Shown here piece after piece: positions 14,301 to 26,858 of a stretch of DNA of 64,000 bases (positions within the stretch are counted from its first letter, which is position 1; each line of letters opens with the position of its first letter). This stretch comes from Phoronis australis (taxonomy: Eukaryota; Animalia; Phoronida). The DNA is taken from contig NMRA01000069.1 of the NCBI GenBank assembly GCA_002633005.1, positions 298,422 through 362,421 of the forward strand, written 5' to 3'. Both the position numbers and the translations under genes were made by a program. A model generated the notes under the pieces. That model did not search any database. It was not told the DNA's origin and saw only the letters and a list, made by a program, of their open reading frames with translations.

Positions 14301-17300
14301 TTCAGTAGCATTCAGCTGTGAGTTAAAAAAACAGTTGTCAGAAAATAACACGGTCTTAATTTACTGTAAGTTTTGTGAATTAAAACAATGAGGCGTTTAG
14401 TCACATATACCGGATCAATGTTTGAGAAAGTTTTTGTGTCCATATTGCTTCTCAATCCAAAAAAAATAAAAATTTGGAACCACTTGAGTTCAAAGATCTC
14501 TAAGTACTCATGGTTTAGAACTTAGATTTCAATATTACAAGCCTGTTTTGCCTCTACTTTTGGTGCTTGGCTCAAAAACAAAAATTAAAATACTTTATAG
14601 GTTTAAATAAACTGAGAGCTCGAAAAAATTCATTCAGCACAAGCCAAAAGTATTCAAACAAAGTGGCCCGGAATTTCCTGTCATGATGACTGGGCAGAAG
14701 CCGAATTCACTGTCAGATTGGCCTTGACCTTCCATTATGACTGACAATGAAGATGAATCAACGGGAAAGTTAGTGAGGTGGCTAAACCATGCTGTAATTA
14801 GAATTTTGCCACTGTAATAGCCATAGCCATTTTTGCTGTTATCAGAATGTGCCGTCATCACAGGGAAACGTTGTCTTGTACTGTAGTTGCAAATTAGCGT
14901 ATCCCTATTTTTTGTTTCAAACTCAAAAGTTGCAAAGCATTTCGCACCCTGGCTTGTTTTCAATTCAGTCATATTGCTGGTGCTGACGTTGAATTTTGCT
15001 TCGTGTGTATCATGTAGATGAAGAACATTCCAACACAACAGGCCACAGTGAACGTGAAGTGCCATCGAGCACGGCTAAGTCAACAGAGCAGACGATCACG
15101 CAAGACTCTCCCGTGGTGGATTTAGAGCATACAGAGGGTGCAGGAGGAGGGGGCGCCAAAGTAGACCCGAATAATGCAAAGGAGCCTACCAAATCGGAAC
15201 AAGAAACGAGCGATGGATGGACAGACATCTTGGGTTCGGGCAGCTTAATGAAGAAGGTAACGAACACTGATGTCCTGCTGTACATTCACATATTATTTAG
15301 ACCCACACGCCCCTAGTCAAAATGGGTTAAAAATAATTCAATCTAGGACATGATGCAGTGGAGAAGGGGAATTTCTCTGTCATGTTTCTCCACAGTAATG
15401 ACTTTCAGAAAAATGTTGAATCCAGCTTGATTAGTATGGTACAGCTATTTCTGTACAACATCTGGGCTGTGTTCCATCGACGCAAGAATCTCTGGGAAAG
15501 TGCAAGATTGTGCAAAACTCCATGAGATATCGTCATGCGTGTGACGGCACTAGCTTTTCTCACACGTGTCTCGAATGTATAGAACACAGCCCTTGTAGAT
15601 TTGTTCTACCAATGTTGTAAGCTTTTAAAAAGTCCAAAAAATATAATACTAGCATTAATCTTTGGCCCAACCCCAATGATTTTTTTAAATTGCTGCCATA
15701 AAATAAGAACATGCACCTAAGCTTTCATTGATGCACACACTTGTGAATAACATTGGTGTAAGTAACTGTCTAGCAGCAGACTTTGTATTAACGTTTTTTT
15801 TTCTATCAGACATCTTACAAGTGCAATGAATCTGTGACTTCAGTCAAAAGAAAACAATCTTTGATTCAGTCCACTTACCATGATTATGAACTCAATGTCA
15901 TCTTGTTCCTTACTCAGATGAGATATGATTTCTAGGCTTGAGTAGAGGTGACAGGGCCATTAGGTTGCTTGTCGTGATGAGTTAGGTACAGTCGCGGAAG
16001 CTGCATGGTCGTCAGGGAATTCTGGGAGTTCTATTGTTAGCCAAGTTCAGTTCCAATGAAGGATAAGAATGTGGTGATGTCACTATGGAGAAGCATGTAT
16101 GCAGTACAAGACAAGACGAGACAAAAACATTCAGACAAAACACCATTTTCCCAGCTAATTTTTTAACAACACCAACTACTGGTAACAAATACTAGGGCGG
16201 CAAAATGTTGGTATGACAACAAGGAGATTAGGTCAAAGAACAAAGGTACATTCTAAAAGTGACAATAGCGCCTCCTGTATTCATTCTATGGTAACAGGCC
16301 ATGCTAATCCTAAAATTCTTTTCAATGATGTAAATGAGATTGGTTATTAAGGAGAGCCTTTCCATTGTTGGTCTAAATGCCAGGACTTCACTGAATGGCA
16401 ACCTAGAGTCAGTGCAGCTCACTCTTTGGGGATATCTTTGACCTTTGTATGTGACTGCTTTACAAGTGAGTTTTGGTTGAGTTGATTTTCTTACTTGTGA
16501 CCCTGTTGTTGGGTTTTGGTGAACTCCTTGAGAATGATGATTTGATCTTCTTGGAAACTTGGACTTGTGTATACAATGTGTATACAATTTGTATACAGTG
16601 TGTGTAGAATGTGTATACAATGTGTATACATTGTGTATACAATGTGTTTACAAAATGTTAATAACAGTTGTGTTGGGGTTTCTACTGCTTATTTGACCCA
16701 AAGCCAACATTGTCAAAAGTCAAAATTCTATGGCTTAGCATGGCATGGCTTGGCCACCTTACATTCTGTTAATTCACCCTCATTCTCGTTCATGAGGGAA
16801 GGCTACTGTCGCAATGAATTCCGCTTCCGTCTGACACAGGCATTTTTTCCGTGTTGGTAAATAACGTAGAAAATATATCTGAAACTAAATAAGGCGATCC
16901 AGATCCTCCCAAGAATACTATTGTTTCGTGAAATGAAGAATATAAATCGGTAAATAAAACAACAAGAATGGATCAACTGAAATTTGAAATTTTCGGAGGT
17001 AACAACTTCCTTTATCAACAAAAACAGAAATAAATTAATAAATAAATAAATAAATGGCCGCATCTTGGTTCCGTGTTCTCTTTCGTTTAACACACAACTG
17101 TCATAGACTGTACAACAGTGAGTAAGACATTGTGTTGGCTTTATGACTTGCATGTAGAACCAAGATGTTGCTATGGTGTTTACATCTGTTCACCTTCTAT
17201 TGTTCGAGTGATAGTGAATGTATACGCGCCAGGGAAACGGGATTTAAACACAGAAAATATATAATTTTATCCAGGATAATTGTGGATGTGTATTCGATCT

Positions 17301-20300
17301 GCTTTAAACGCTTGATGGATGTGTTGAAAAATCTTGCCACTAGGTGGTGTATGTCAGCTTTTTCTCAAAATAAGAGCCAAATCATTTAAATATTATATGA
17401 ATCTATCCGGTCACAACCAACGTTGAACTGATAATTGCAGGTTATGAGGAAGGGCAAAGGTCAGCACACATGTCCATTCAGCGGATGTGTTGTCACGGCC
17501 AAGGTCGAAGGTCGTCTAGAGGACGGGGTAGTGGTGGACCACGACAATGAACTGAAGTTTACAGTCGGTGACGGTGACGTCATTCAAGGTAACCGTTACT
17601 GAATAGACAACATAATATTGACTTTAAGATAGAAAAGGCTGTTTGAGGGTTGGTAGTCATTAATAAGATATTGTTGAGTCAACTTTTTACTTCAAAATAT
17701 ACTTGCAGTAAGCATCTAGTACTTTTATTGCATTCTTTCTTTTATAGCCTGTCATACATTTTATTCAAAAATCGGTTTCAGCTCTCGAACTTTCTGTTCC
17801 ACTCATGGAGGCTGATGAGATAGCTGAAGTCTACACAGACGCAAGATTTGCCTATGGGGAGATTGGCAGGTGAGACAAGATATGTTTTGACTAGTCCTTC
17901 CAGTTTGCGTTATTTTGTCTCCGTTGGTTTATACCTAAGGTGTTACGTGCTGTGTAGACTGTTGATAATTATTGCCATTTCCATGAGTCTACAGTTTTTC
18001 CTGACTCGCTCTTTCCACCACGAAAGTGTACTAAGCTTTGGAGCATTTTTTTACATGTTTACTTGACGTATGTATTTACATAGATTCTGCGTATGGTCAG
18101 TGCTGAACATAAACGTGGTGGTAAAATAAAACAGATTTTCGCACAACTCTTGTATGATTTTCAGTGTGAATCGTGAATAAATGAAGCATTGACTTATGTC
18201 TTCTTATATTGCCGGGTTTATGACGCCAGCAGTAAGTGTTGGTCTGATGCATATATTTTCTGCATTTGTCAAAAATGGCATGGCAATGATTGTGCATGGC
18301 CCTGTGAGTGTTGATCCAACATAGTTAGGTTTTCACATCGTCTGTTGTTATCTTTAAACTTTCGTCATAAATAGAAATTAGCAGACGTCTTAAATATGCT
18401 CAAAAGTGTTGTTGGGCTCTTCAGTGCTATTCATTTATTAATTGTTTTAACCAGTTATCTGTTGTCTTCCTTCTAGAGAGAGTTATATGGGAAAAGTATG
18501 AGATTGTCTTGAATTTTCATGCCAATTACACTGCACGCCAAAAGTAATAAAACATAATTCCCCAGAACTCTCTGCAGCAGCGAAAATCCTGCAGTAATGA
18601 GGTCTTCTTCCTTACTCATTTTCACGGCAATAGTCCGATATAAAGTCAGTGGCGGACCTAGGATACCATAAGGGGGGGCCCAACATGTTGCCTCGAAGAA
18701 TTGGGCAAATCGTATACACACGCGCCCCGAAAGTTGCGGGGGGTAGCGTTGTGACCACTGGTGTTCCCAAATCCATTGGAGGACTAAAAAAACCGCGACA
18801 TGATTCCGCCGCGCCCGGTCGTGAGCCCCCCCTTCGTCCGCTCCCGTTCCTAGTTAGTGTACTCCATATTTCCTCACGCTGTTGTTGTTTAATTTTGCTT
18901 CCGCCAGCCAAGGAGGGGGGACCCGTTCCCCCTGGGCCCCCGTCCCCCCCCCTAAATCCGCCTATGAACGTGCCCGTATTTTGAGAACCAGTTTGATGCC
19001 CAGTATTCAGTGGAGAAAATTCACGTCTGGTTCTCAAAGTTCGGGCACATTGTATCCGGAATTACCATTCACAATAGGGATACAGTAGCTTTGTGCTTTG
19101 TATCCATTGCGCCATTTAGATATAAATATTCATTGTGCCTCTGTCTATTTTCAGAGAGCCAGACATTCCAAAAGACAGCAGTGTTACTTACACTATTGAA
19201 CTGCTGAACATAGATAACCCTGTGGACATAACCAAGTTGAGTGCAACTGAAAAATTTACATTGGGGTAAGTCAATGACAGTGGCATTGTGCAGTCAAGAG
19301 GAGGGCTTAAGTTTTGTGGTTGGGGTTGTAATTTTTGAAGTTCCTGACGTTGACCCAGTGGCACTTAAAGCTGTTATGGTCCTGAAAACGACAACTTTCT
19401 TCATAGGCTAGTAACATGTTCGCTTTCTGAAATCAGGATTCAACATTAACGACTGTCCAATTGTCTGCGACAGCCAAAAATTAGGTATAGACAAGTTGAA
19501 TTTCTAACCTGTTGTCCAAACGGACAATCAAAAACATTTTCATAGTCGTGCACTCGGGTCACTCTCGTCTTGAATGGACGCGCAAACAAAGTACTTTCTG
19601 TAACCTCTCTGCAAGGTAAACTAACCTTCCATGTCAAGCAAGTTATTAAGTTAACAGGTTGCCTTTGTTACCAGTGACCAATATAAAAAGTCTTCAAGTA
19701 TTAAGGTTGTGCAGGACCATAGGAACATGACCAAATTTGGCTTTCTTCGCAGCATTGTATCTTAAAGTGACTGATCTGATTGATATGAAAGTTTCAGATT
19801 GTGTGAATTAGACAGAGTTCTCCAAATCTCTGTTTGGAGCTGTTTCTAAAGCGTCCCACTTTCACATGAGGCTATAAGAAATAGGACTTGTGTGAAGCAA
19901 TAATGATCAGTCAGTTTGTCTCTAAAGGCTATCAGAAATAGGTCTTGTCTGAAGCAATGACGACCAGTCAGGTCGTCTCAACTCTTGAAATCATTTCTAA
20001 TCCGAGATAGGTTCAATACGAGATCAATTTTACATGAGGAAGTGGTCAGCAGTTGTTTTTTGACTGAGGCGTCTTGCTTATTAGCTCTCTGGTAGTGTCA
20101 AAGCCTGTTCGTTTGTGGTAACTGGTATTTTGGGTTCACTCAGCGTGCATGTACATCACAAAATTGGTGTTACGTGTATCTTTAACATTCTTCAGAAACC
20201 TTTTGGGTGATTTTTACATTACGAAAAGTAATGCTAACGTGTCATTTGAAAGTTGTCATTTACATCCACACATAAAAAGTTGATTTGTGTTAGTTTTGGA

Positions 20301-23300
20301 TTACTATCTGGTTGTACACGTTGAAAACTCATAAAAAATGTCTGGCTTAGTCATTTTCCTGTTATCTGTTGTTTCCAGCGACCAGAAACGAGAGCGTGGT
20401 AACTATCTGTACTCCAGGGCCGAGTTTTCAGGTGCAATAAACAGTTACAGGAAGTAAGTGTCACAGGCCTACGTTGGTAGTTGGAGTGCGCCGCATTTGA
20501 CCGTTTTGGTTGTCCTGATTTGTAGTAACTTGCCTTATTCACAGATGTCGTAAGGAATCTGAACAGTGCGACTGTGTTGGTTTCATTTCACTGGCCAACA
20601 GAATGCGTAATTGGTCTGTGCCCGACTCATTTCAAAACCTGCACCTCAAAGCTGCCACCAGGTGGCAATGGGTAAAAACAAAACAAAGAAGATCTCAACA
20701 TTTGACTTGGTTTAGGCGACTTCATTTTTGAAAATGCGAACTGCATCAATCAGAAAAGAACACCAGAAGCAATAATTTTGCTATTTGTTGGGTTTAGTCA
20801 AGATTGAGTGCATTGTTCAATGCTGTTAAATATTGTTTAATATTGTTCAATATTCATTTACTTTACCCTGGCTTCCAGAGCCTTGACCATTTTAGAGGAT
20901 GACACCACCAACAGTGAAGCTGATCCCTCCCAGTTGCAGCTCTTGATTGACACGCGTGTCAAGTGTTACGGCAACCTGGCCGCCTCCCAGCTCAAGGTGA
21001 CTGTTGACAATGACACCCTCTGGTGGAGGTAGTCAGAACTAACTAAGGGCCAGAACAACAGTTGTCATCTGTTTTTGTTTGCTTTTCATGTGCTGATGAT
21101 TCTGTTCATGACGTCAAACATTGAACTTGTTCTTAGTCTGCCAAGTAAAACAAGGATTTTTTGATTTTGCCCTATTTGTTTGCTATGCTCTATGGGATGC
21201 GTTGTTGCAGGTTTTTGTAATTGATATATTAATGAGGTAATGAATTGTCACAACAAATCTGTTGTCATGCATTGTGTGTTTTTAGTAAAGTGTGTCGTTA
21301 CCTCTCTTTGAACAATCTGATTTTTGCATTGTGCTGTGTAGGGACGTGACAAAAAATGCAGCACATTAAAGATGAGTATATGGTGAAAATAGCAGAGTGG
21401 ATTCCCTTTGACATGGTGACATTCTGTGCCAAAACTCATTTGCCAGAAATTCTGTGACATTTTGAGAATTCTGTGACAAAATGATAGAAATTTGCTGACT
21501 CTAGTCGGCCGTTAACGTTTTGTCAAGTTTACAGAAATTTTATGCGGCATCAAGTGGTGGTTCCTTTTTTTCACAAATTGTAAAATTTATGGAATTCATC
21601 ATTATCACTGATATAACGTGTCTTGCATATATGACAAAAGCTAAATTTTTGTGTCACATACATGCAAAAAGTACTAAAAAGCTATTACAGTTGAAGTTTC
21701 CTTGTGACATTTTGAAAATTTTGAGATGTGACAAATTGAGACTTCCCAGTAAATGTAAATCAATGAAATAGCTCTGGGTCATGAATTTATGCCATCAGCG
21801 CTTAAGTAATATAAGAATGCTTTGACTTGAAAACTTTCAATTTACGCTCAACTCGATCGGATTTGGCTGACAAATTAGTTTAGACATCTAGTTTGTATTA
21901 ATTGATACGCAAAAAAGATTAATAGTAAATTAATCTTTTAGAACTGTTTGTCCTCAGATTGAAGCCTACGATGCAGCCATCAAGTCATGTGACTGCGTGC
22001 TCAACATCCACCCACAGAACATCAAAGCCTTGTTCAGGAAAGGGAAGGTGAGTGCTGCTCTTGTTCAATGGTTGTTTTTCAGTTGTTTTGCACAAAAATA
22101 ATTGCCTTAGTTGTTTTTTCCAATTTTCAATGGCAGACTTGAATGTTAAATTCATTTAATGACAGCTGTGCAGTGCAAACTGTGTTAATACCCCTGTTGA
22201 ATTTTCTTAAAGCGGCACTTCCATCACAAAATTAAATTTGATTTAGATGACTTGCGCAAATGAAATTGGTCTCAAATATTGTTACTTAGTGAAGTTTAAG
22301 ATGACTTCGGGCTTGGAAAGGACTGACGGTTTGTTATTGATTGAGAAACAGCTTTAGAAATTAGCTTGTCATGGTGTGTCAGGGCCTGAGAGAATGAACA
22401 AACTTTCGGGTCTCTGCAAGCCGGGAAATCACTTTCCATCTGAGTGAGGAACGAGACAGGTTACACTAATTCTATATTGAGTCTTTGACAAGTGGTCTAA
22501 ATCAAATTTAGGTTCTTTGATGCTACCTGTGTTTATAGCCGCTTGAGTGCTCATTTTTGTTGAGACATTTGACAATGTAAAATTACATGTTTCCAGCACA
22601 TCGTGTGCCAGAGGAATTAATGTAACTTAAGCTGTCGTCATTAGAGTTGTAGGATTAATTTTATTTTCGATATCCCTGGGGTTTGCTTGGAATAATTCAA
22701 CCAATGGAAATTTTTGTTTCGTCATTCACCTGTAACTGTAATCGGGAAATCCCCTCGTTGATGTACCAATATTTACCTGATAAATCTGATTAAAATGTTT
22801 CTTTCAGTTTGATTACGTACCTTGTACTTTACTTTTGTGTTTAATTGCGAAAATAAACATCTGTAAGCTTTGCAAAGTATACGGTTCTGTGCTAAAGCAT
22901 CGTGGTCATTTAGATTTGCAGTTTGTGTGTATCTGGTGACAAGGTGAATTTTCATTTTCTCCAGTCTCTCGCTGCGAAAGGCGAAGTGTCTGGTGCCATT
23001 ACTTTGCTAAGGAAAGCGCTTGGCTTTGAGCCTGAATCAAAGGTACGGTACATTGGAATTTGATTGTCATTGAAGATTTAGGGTTCCATATAATGAGGAT
23101 AAACGTCTTTGTTTTTGTATAAAATGACCCAGAATTCCCCGTCATGGCAGCTGGGCAGAAACTGAATTTATCATCAGAGTTAACTTCCCTCGTGACTGAG
23201 AATGACTGGGAATTAACAGAAAAAGTAGTTAGGTGGCCATAAGTCATTCTGTAGTAAGAATCTTGCTGTGATAATTTGCAGTTGCCTTTTTTCTCTAGGA

Positions 23301-26300
23301 AACGTACTCTATACGTGTAACTTTTCACGGATGGCGTGTGTTCAGTGTTAATGGTAATTTCATGAAAGTGTTGAACTGGAATGTATTGCAAATTTCTACT
23401 GCACTGTTGCCAGATACTACACGTCGAGTTGGCAAAGTTGGTCAACAGGATGAAGAAAGAAGAACAGAAGACTAGAGCCATGTACAGGAAGATGTTGGGA
23501 ACTGACAACATTGATGGACCCATCTATAAACCTAACGATCAGACACGGGTAGGTTGGGGGAAGGGTGACTATGATGTTGTAAGATATTTGTATAAACAGG
23601 GAGACTGACAACATTGTTGGTGTGTTGTATAAACTCGAGTGTCAGACTTGGGTAGGTTGGGGAAGGGGTACAACGGTGTTGTAAGACATGTGTATAAACA
23701 GTGAGACTGACAACATTGTTGGTCCTGCATGCTCACCCAGTGATCAAATAAGGTATGTCGGGAACAAGGCAGCTGTGGCTGATACGGAGAGAGGGGGCGA
23801 CGTAAGCTGCTTAAAAATTCGGGGTAATGTGTGAGTAAGGGTTAGCAGTACAATAACTCTTTAGAGAGACTTTGTATGTGACAACATTTTGTTGATAATG
23901 TTGTACAGAATGTACTGCTGAAAATGGGAGGATTTAGAATGGGCTAGTTCTAGAAATGGACACAAGGGGGGTGAGCGCTAAGTGTTCGTTGATTGTGCAA
24001 TTTTTGTCTTTATGAATACGAATGAGTGTAATTATAGTAAGTTGATAAATGAGTATGAACAAATGAGTATGAACAAATGAGTATGAACAAATGCGTATGA
24101 ACAAATGAGTATGAACAAATGCGTTGCATGTCACCATGTTCTCAACACTCAATCGGCCCGTTTTGTAGGTTAAAATACTTTCTATGTCATTTTTCAAATT
24201 GCTTTTATTGATTTTTGCAAATTTGGATATCTAAATTTGCAGAAAAGAAAATACGGTTGTCTGAAACAGGTGGGAGTGGACTGCGTTTGGTTAAAATGAT
24301 TTGTTCTTTGGATACTGCCTCACTTTAGGTCCATGTTCCAAGTTTAATGGAAATAAACTGAGTACTGTTGCCTCCTAGTCTTTGTGGAGTAGTCCCTTGG
24401 TACTAGCATATACTGGTTTATGACTAGTTGCCACTACGTTGAACCTCTGGATCCCAGTTTATTTGTATTGTTGAATGATTCAATTCTTCATAATCTCGAA
24501 AATTCAATACATTCGAAGACTAGTAAACATCTTGTGCGTGGTCATAGTTCTGACAGAGCGGTTTAATACTTGCTGTTCAAGCAAGAAGGGTATGGTCTGA
24601 CGATAAAGTTTCAAAAAGTTCCCAAAGTCCTACATTGGGGGGTCACGTTTTTAGGTGGCTACTGGAGGGAGCGCAAATTTTGTTGGTGAAAGATGCTTTG
24701 ATTTGGGTAACTGTTTCCAAACCCCAAAGTGTGCCTCTATTCAAAATCGGGTCAATGGCTCACTGGAGCTGTGAATATGTATGGTTGTAATTGGTGTGTT
24801 CTTGGGTGGGAGGGCACCAAAGTGGATGATTGACAGCTGACACATTAATCCGTATTGCAAATTAGTTTTCAGAGAAATTAATTCTAGAAGCAATTGCATC
24901 CGATCGTTGTTTAATTCTATCACCCAAACATGGTACATGGTCCTCAAAGTGGTTATGCCTGTTTAAATTTTTTATTTGTTTTTTTTTTCTTCTGAAATCT
25001 GCATTTCCCCTTGTTTGCCTGGCTAAAATAACAAAAATCGTCCTTTTACTCTCATGATGTCAGTCTGAATATTCCTTATCGTCGTAGGATACCATTTCCA
25101 TTACCAGTTCAAGTTACAGTCAGTGCTTACTTATTTAGTACATTCGGCATTTTCAAATTCGTAATTTTAGGGTTCACCAACCCCAATAAACTCTTGATGG
25201 TCTCAATGAGAGTGACAGGGATCATTTGATTTTCGCTTTTAGTCAGCTAAATGAGGCAAATGCACCTTCAGTTGTCTTTATATACGTGCATTTTCTTTAT
25301 CTATTCACTAGACATAGCGTATTTAATGACATGTCATCATATTGATTTGCATCGTTACGTAATGGACCTTGGTTGTAGACACAGCTCTTTATTAGAATTA
25401 GATTGCATGGTTTATTGTGTCTTCGCTCATTTAGTTTATGACTGACTACCCCTTGCAACCAGCAAAAAGACACGACTGAACTTCAAAATGTGTGGACCGC
25501 GAGTACAGTTTTAATTTGAAGCGGTCTGGTCATGGGTTTTACTTGTAGTGGTCAGTCATTTAATCGTGGATTAAATCTGGCACTGTGCTCCTTATTCAAT
25601 GTGGCATTGCCTATTCCTTGTTCGTGTCGAGCCCATCACTCTTGTGTTTTGTAGAAATCAGAATGACATGAGTAGCACCCTGCTGTGTGTTTTGCTCCAT
25701 GCATCTCAACAATTTCTGATGAGTAGAAGGAAACCACCATGATAACCCTCTCATGTTGGCACATTCCCCAGTTGGTTTTTCACTTGACTGGCAAAATTCC
25801 ACTCTACAGTTGTTGTAATTTGCACCCACGGCTCTTTCGACTAAACGGATTTCACGTTGCCCGGATAAAATTTCTCTGTCCGGTTGAATTCGACTTGTAC
25901 TAGTTTCACTGTATCTGTTTTTCAAACTCAGCTGAAGATTTTTAAATATGGCTTTGAGCCTCATTTAAAAACCTCATGGGAATATCTCATTAATGAAAGG
26001 ATCTAGAGGCCACTGTAGTCTGAGGGTGAACACAGCTTATGGACTGCGGTGCTTATTTCCCAGCAGTGGAAGAATTCCATGATGTTAAACTGTCATGAGA
26101 CACTTGTCGCTTGGAATCCTGATTTGTTGGAATGCAAAAGATTTTGTTTTCTGTCATAGTTCAAGTTTCTGGCTTGACTTTTACGTCAGTTCTGAGATGT
26201 TCATTTTGCACATGTATATCTGTGAAGTTGAAACACTTGATGCGTATGAACTCGTCTCTCATCACCAAGAACAACTTTTGATTTAGACTGCTTACTGTTA

Positions 26301-26858
26301 TGAAATTGGCCCCAATCTGTTCCTTAGTAGTCAAATCTTTTGAGGACTTCTGAAAAACTGGCCATTCAGTATTCCGTAAATCCAACTTTACAAGTTTTAC
26401 ATTCCATGGCATGTGATTTTATTTGCCCGGCATCGTCTCAACAAATAACGAACTCGCAATTCTCCTCTCTGTTTAGACGATTACACAGCTTTATGGTCAC
26501 TTTAAATGTGGTCTTACGTGATGACTTTCTAAAACCACTTGGAGGTGGTGGCGTGTTACACATAATCGAACTCGTTCTTCTAAGAACGCAGGAACACCTG
26601 ACGATGGCCAGAGAATAGACCGACCGAAACGTCGTGACAATGTAAATAGACAGGAGGTTGGTGTGAATAGACCAAGAGATTGTAATAATAGTCTTACATG
26701 ATCTTGCCGAGCTGGCAAGCCTCAGTGAATGTCCTGCATTCCCTGATGTCGTCTACTTTTCATTTCAGTTCACCAAGTGGGGCATCTTTCTGGGTGCATC
26801 AGTGGCACTTCTTCTGTCTGTCGGCGTGGCAGCATACAAGTATCGTCTGTGGCCGTGA
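11138..26858 (+). CDS. FKBP8: Peptidyl-prolyl isomerase FKBP8 (FKBP38) orthologue, 11 coding exons, 447 aa
   Basis: Exons 11138-11309, 15018-15256, 17441-17588, 17782-17869, 19155-19265, 20379-20453, 20879-20996, 21958-22047, 22965-23042, 23414-23548, 26769-26858. All are GT-AG and phase-compatible (1344 nt). Diagnostic motifs: WTDILGSGSLMKK, FTVGDGDVIQALELSVPLM, KRERGNYLY, KCYGNLAASQLK, NIKALFRKGK, RAMYRKMLG, and TM tail KWGIFLGASVALLLSVGVAAYK. Confidence 0.93.
11430..12370. mobile_element. Nested foldback/MITE cluster in FKBP8 intron 1
   Basis: Outer inverted arms (tcttacgctccacataactatttc ~11565 vs gaaatagttatgtggagcgtaaga ~12186; tatacccatgact vs agtcatgggtata), a hAT-like CAGTGGCGG end at 11812, and a central hairpin 11950-12057. 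A related arm lies at ~47000-47070. Confidence 0.6.
14660..14870. repeat. ~200-bp dispersed repeat (further copies ~13765-13960 inverted and ~23125-23300)
   Basis: Shared ccc(g/a)gaatt(t/c)cc(t/c)gtcatg...ctgggcagaa...gaatt and tggcaaaattctaattaca motifs. Confidence 0.6.
15018..15256 (+). CDS. FKBP8: FKBP8 coding exon 2
   Basis: DEEHSNTTG...DGWTDILGSGSLMKK, donor AAG|GTAACG. Confidence 0.9.
16567..16650. repeat. 11-bp minisatellite (TGTGTATACAA)n
   Basis: About 7 degenerate units; explains the YTHCI/VYTMC ORFs. Confidence 0.85.
17441..17588 (+). CDS. FKBP8: FKBP8 coding exon 3 (FKBP domain)
   Basis: VMRKGKG...EGRLEDGVVVDHDNELKFTVGDGDVIQ; ttgcag| and |gtaacc. Confidence 0.92.
17782..17869 (+). 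CDS. FKBP8: FKBP8 coding exon 4 (FKBP domain)
   Basis: ALELSVPLMEADEIAEVYTDARFAYGEIGR; tttcag| and |gtgaga. Confidence 0.92.
18647..18966. mobile_element. hAT-like MITE (CAGTGGCGGACCTAGG...CCTAAATCCGCCTATG)
   Basis: Imperfect ~16-bp TIRs with G/C-run subterminal tracts; same end family as 11812 and 52422-53785. No clean 8-bp TSD. Confidence 0.65.
19155..19265 (+). CDS. FKBP8: FKBP8 coding exon 5
   Basis: EPDIPKDSSVTYTIELLNIDNPVDITKLSATEKFTLG; tttcag| and |gtaagt. Confidence 0.92.
20379..20453 (+). CDS. FKBP8: FKBP8 coding exon 6 (TPR1)
   Basis: DQKRERGNYLYSRAEFSGAINSYRK; ttccag| and |gtaagt. Confidence 0.92.
20879..20996 (+). CDS. FKBP8: FKBP8 coding exon 7 (TPR)
   Basis: ALTILEDD...LLIDTRVKCYGNLAASQLK; ttccag| and |gtgact. 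Confidence 0.92.
21958..22047 (+). CDS. FKBP8: FKBP8 coding exon 8 (TPR)
   Basis: IEAYDAAIKSCDCVLNIHPQNIKALFRKGK; cctcag| and |gtgagt. Confidence 0.93.
22965..23042 (+). CDS. FKBP8: FKBP8 coding exon 9 (TPR)
   Basis: SLAAKGEVSGAITLLRKALGFEPESK; ctccag| and |gtacgg. Confidence 0.92.
23414..23548 (+). CDS. FKBP8: FKBP8 coding exon 10 (post-TPR helix)
   Basis: ILHVELAKLVNRMKKEEQKTRAMYRKMLGTDNIDGPIYKPNDQTR; tgccag| and |gtaggt. Confidence 0.9.
23501..23760 (+). repeat. ~103-bp tandem triplication of the FKBP8 exon 10 3' end and donor
   Basis: actgacaacattg at 23501, 23604 and 23706; donor-like GGGTAGGT at 23547 and 23650, AGGTATGT at 23751. Confidence 0.8.
24046..24125. repeat. 14-bp minisatellite (AAATGAGTATGAAC)n
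   Basis: About 5.5 near-perfect units. Confidence 0.9.
26769..26858 (+). CDS. FKBP8: FKBP8 terminal exon (tail-anchor TM helix)
   Basis: tttcag|FTKWGIFLGASVALLLSVGVAAYKYRLWP*; matches the FKBP8 KW..GA..VAL..V tail anchor with flanking basic residues. Confidence 0.88.
   Translation, partial: FTKWGIFLGASVALLLSVGVAAYKYRLWP

Noticed and set aside
16567-24125. Short regular repeats as CRISPR-like arrays
   Set aside because: Simple minisatellites without unique spacers, in a spliced eukaryotic locus.
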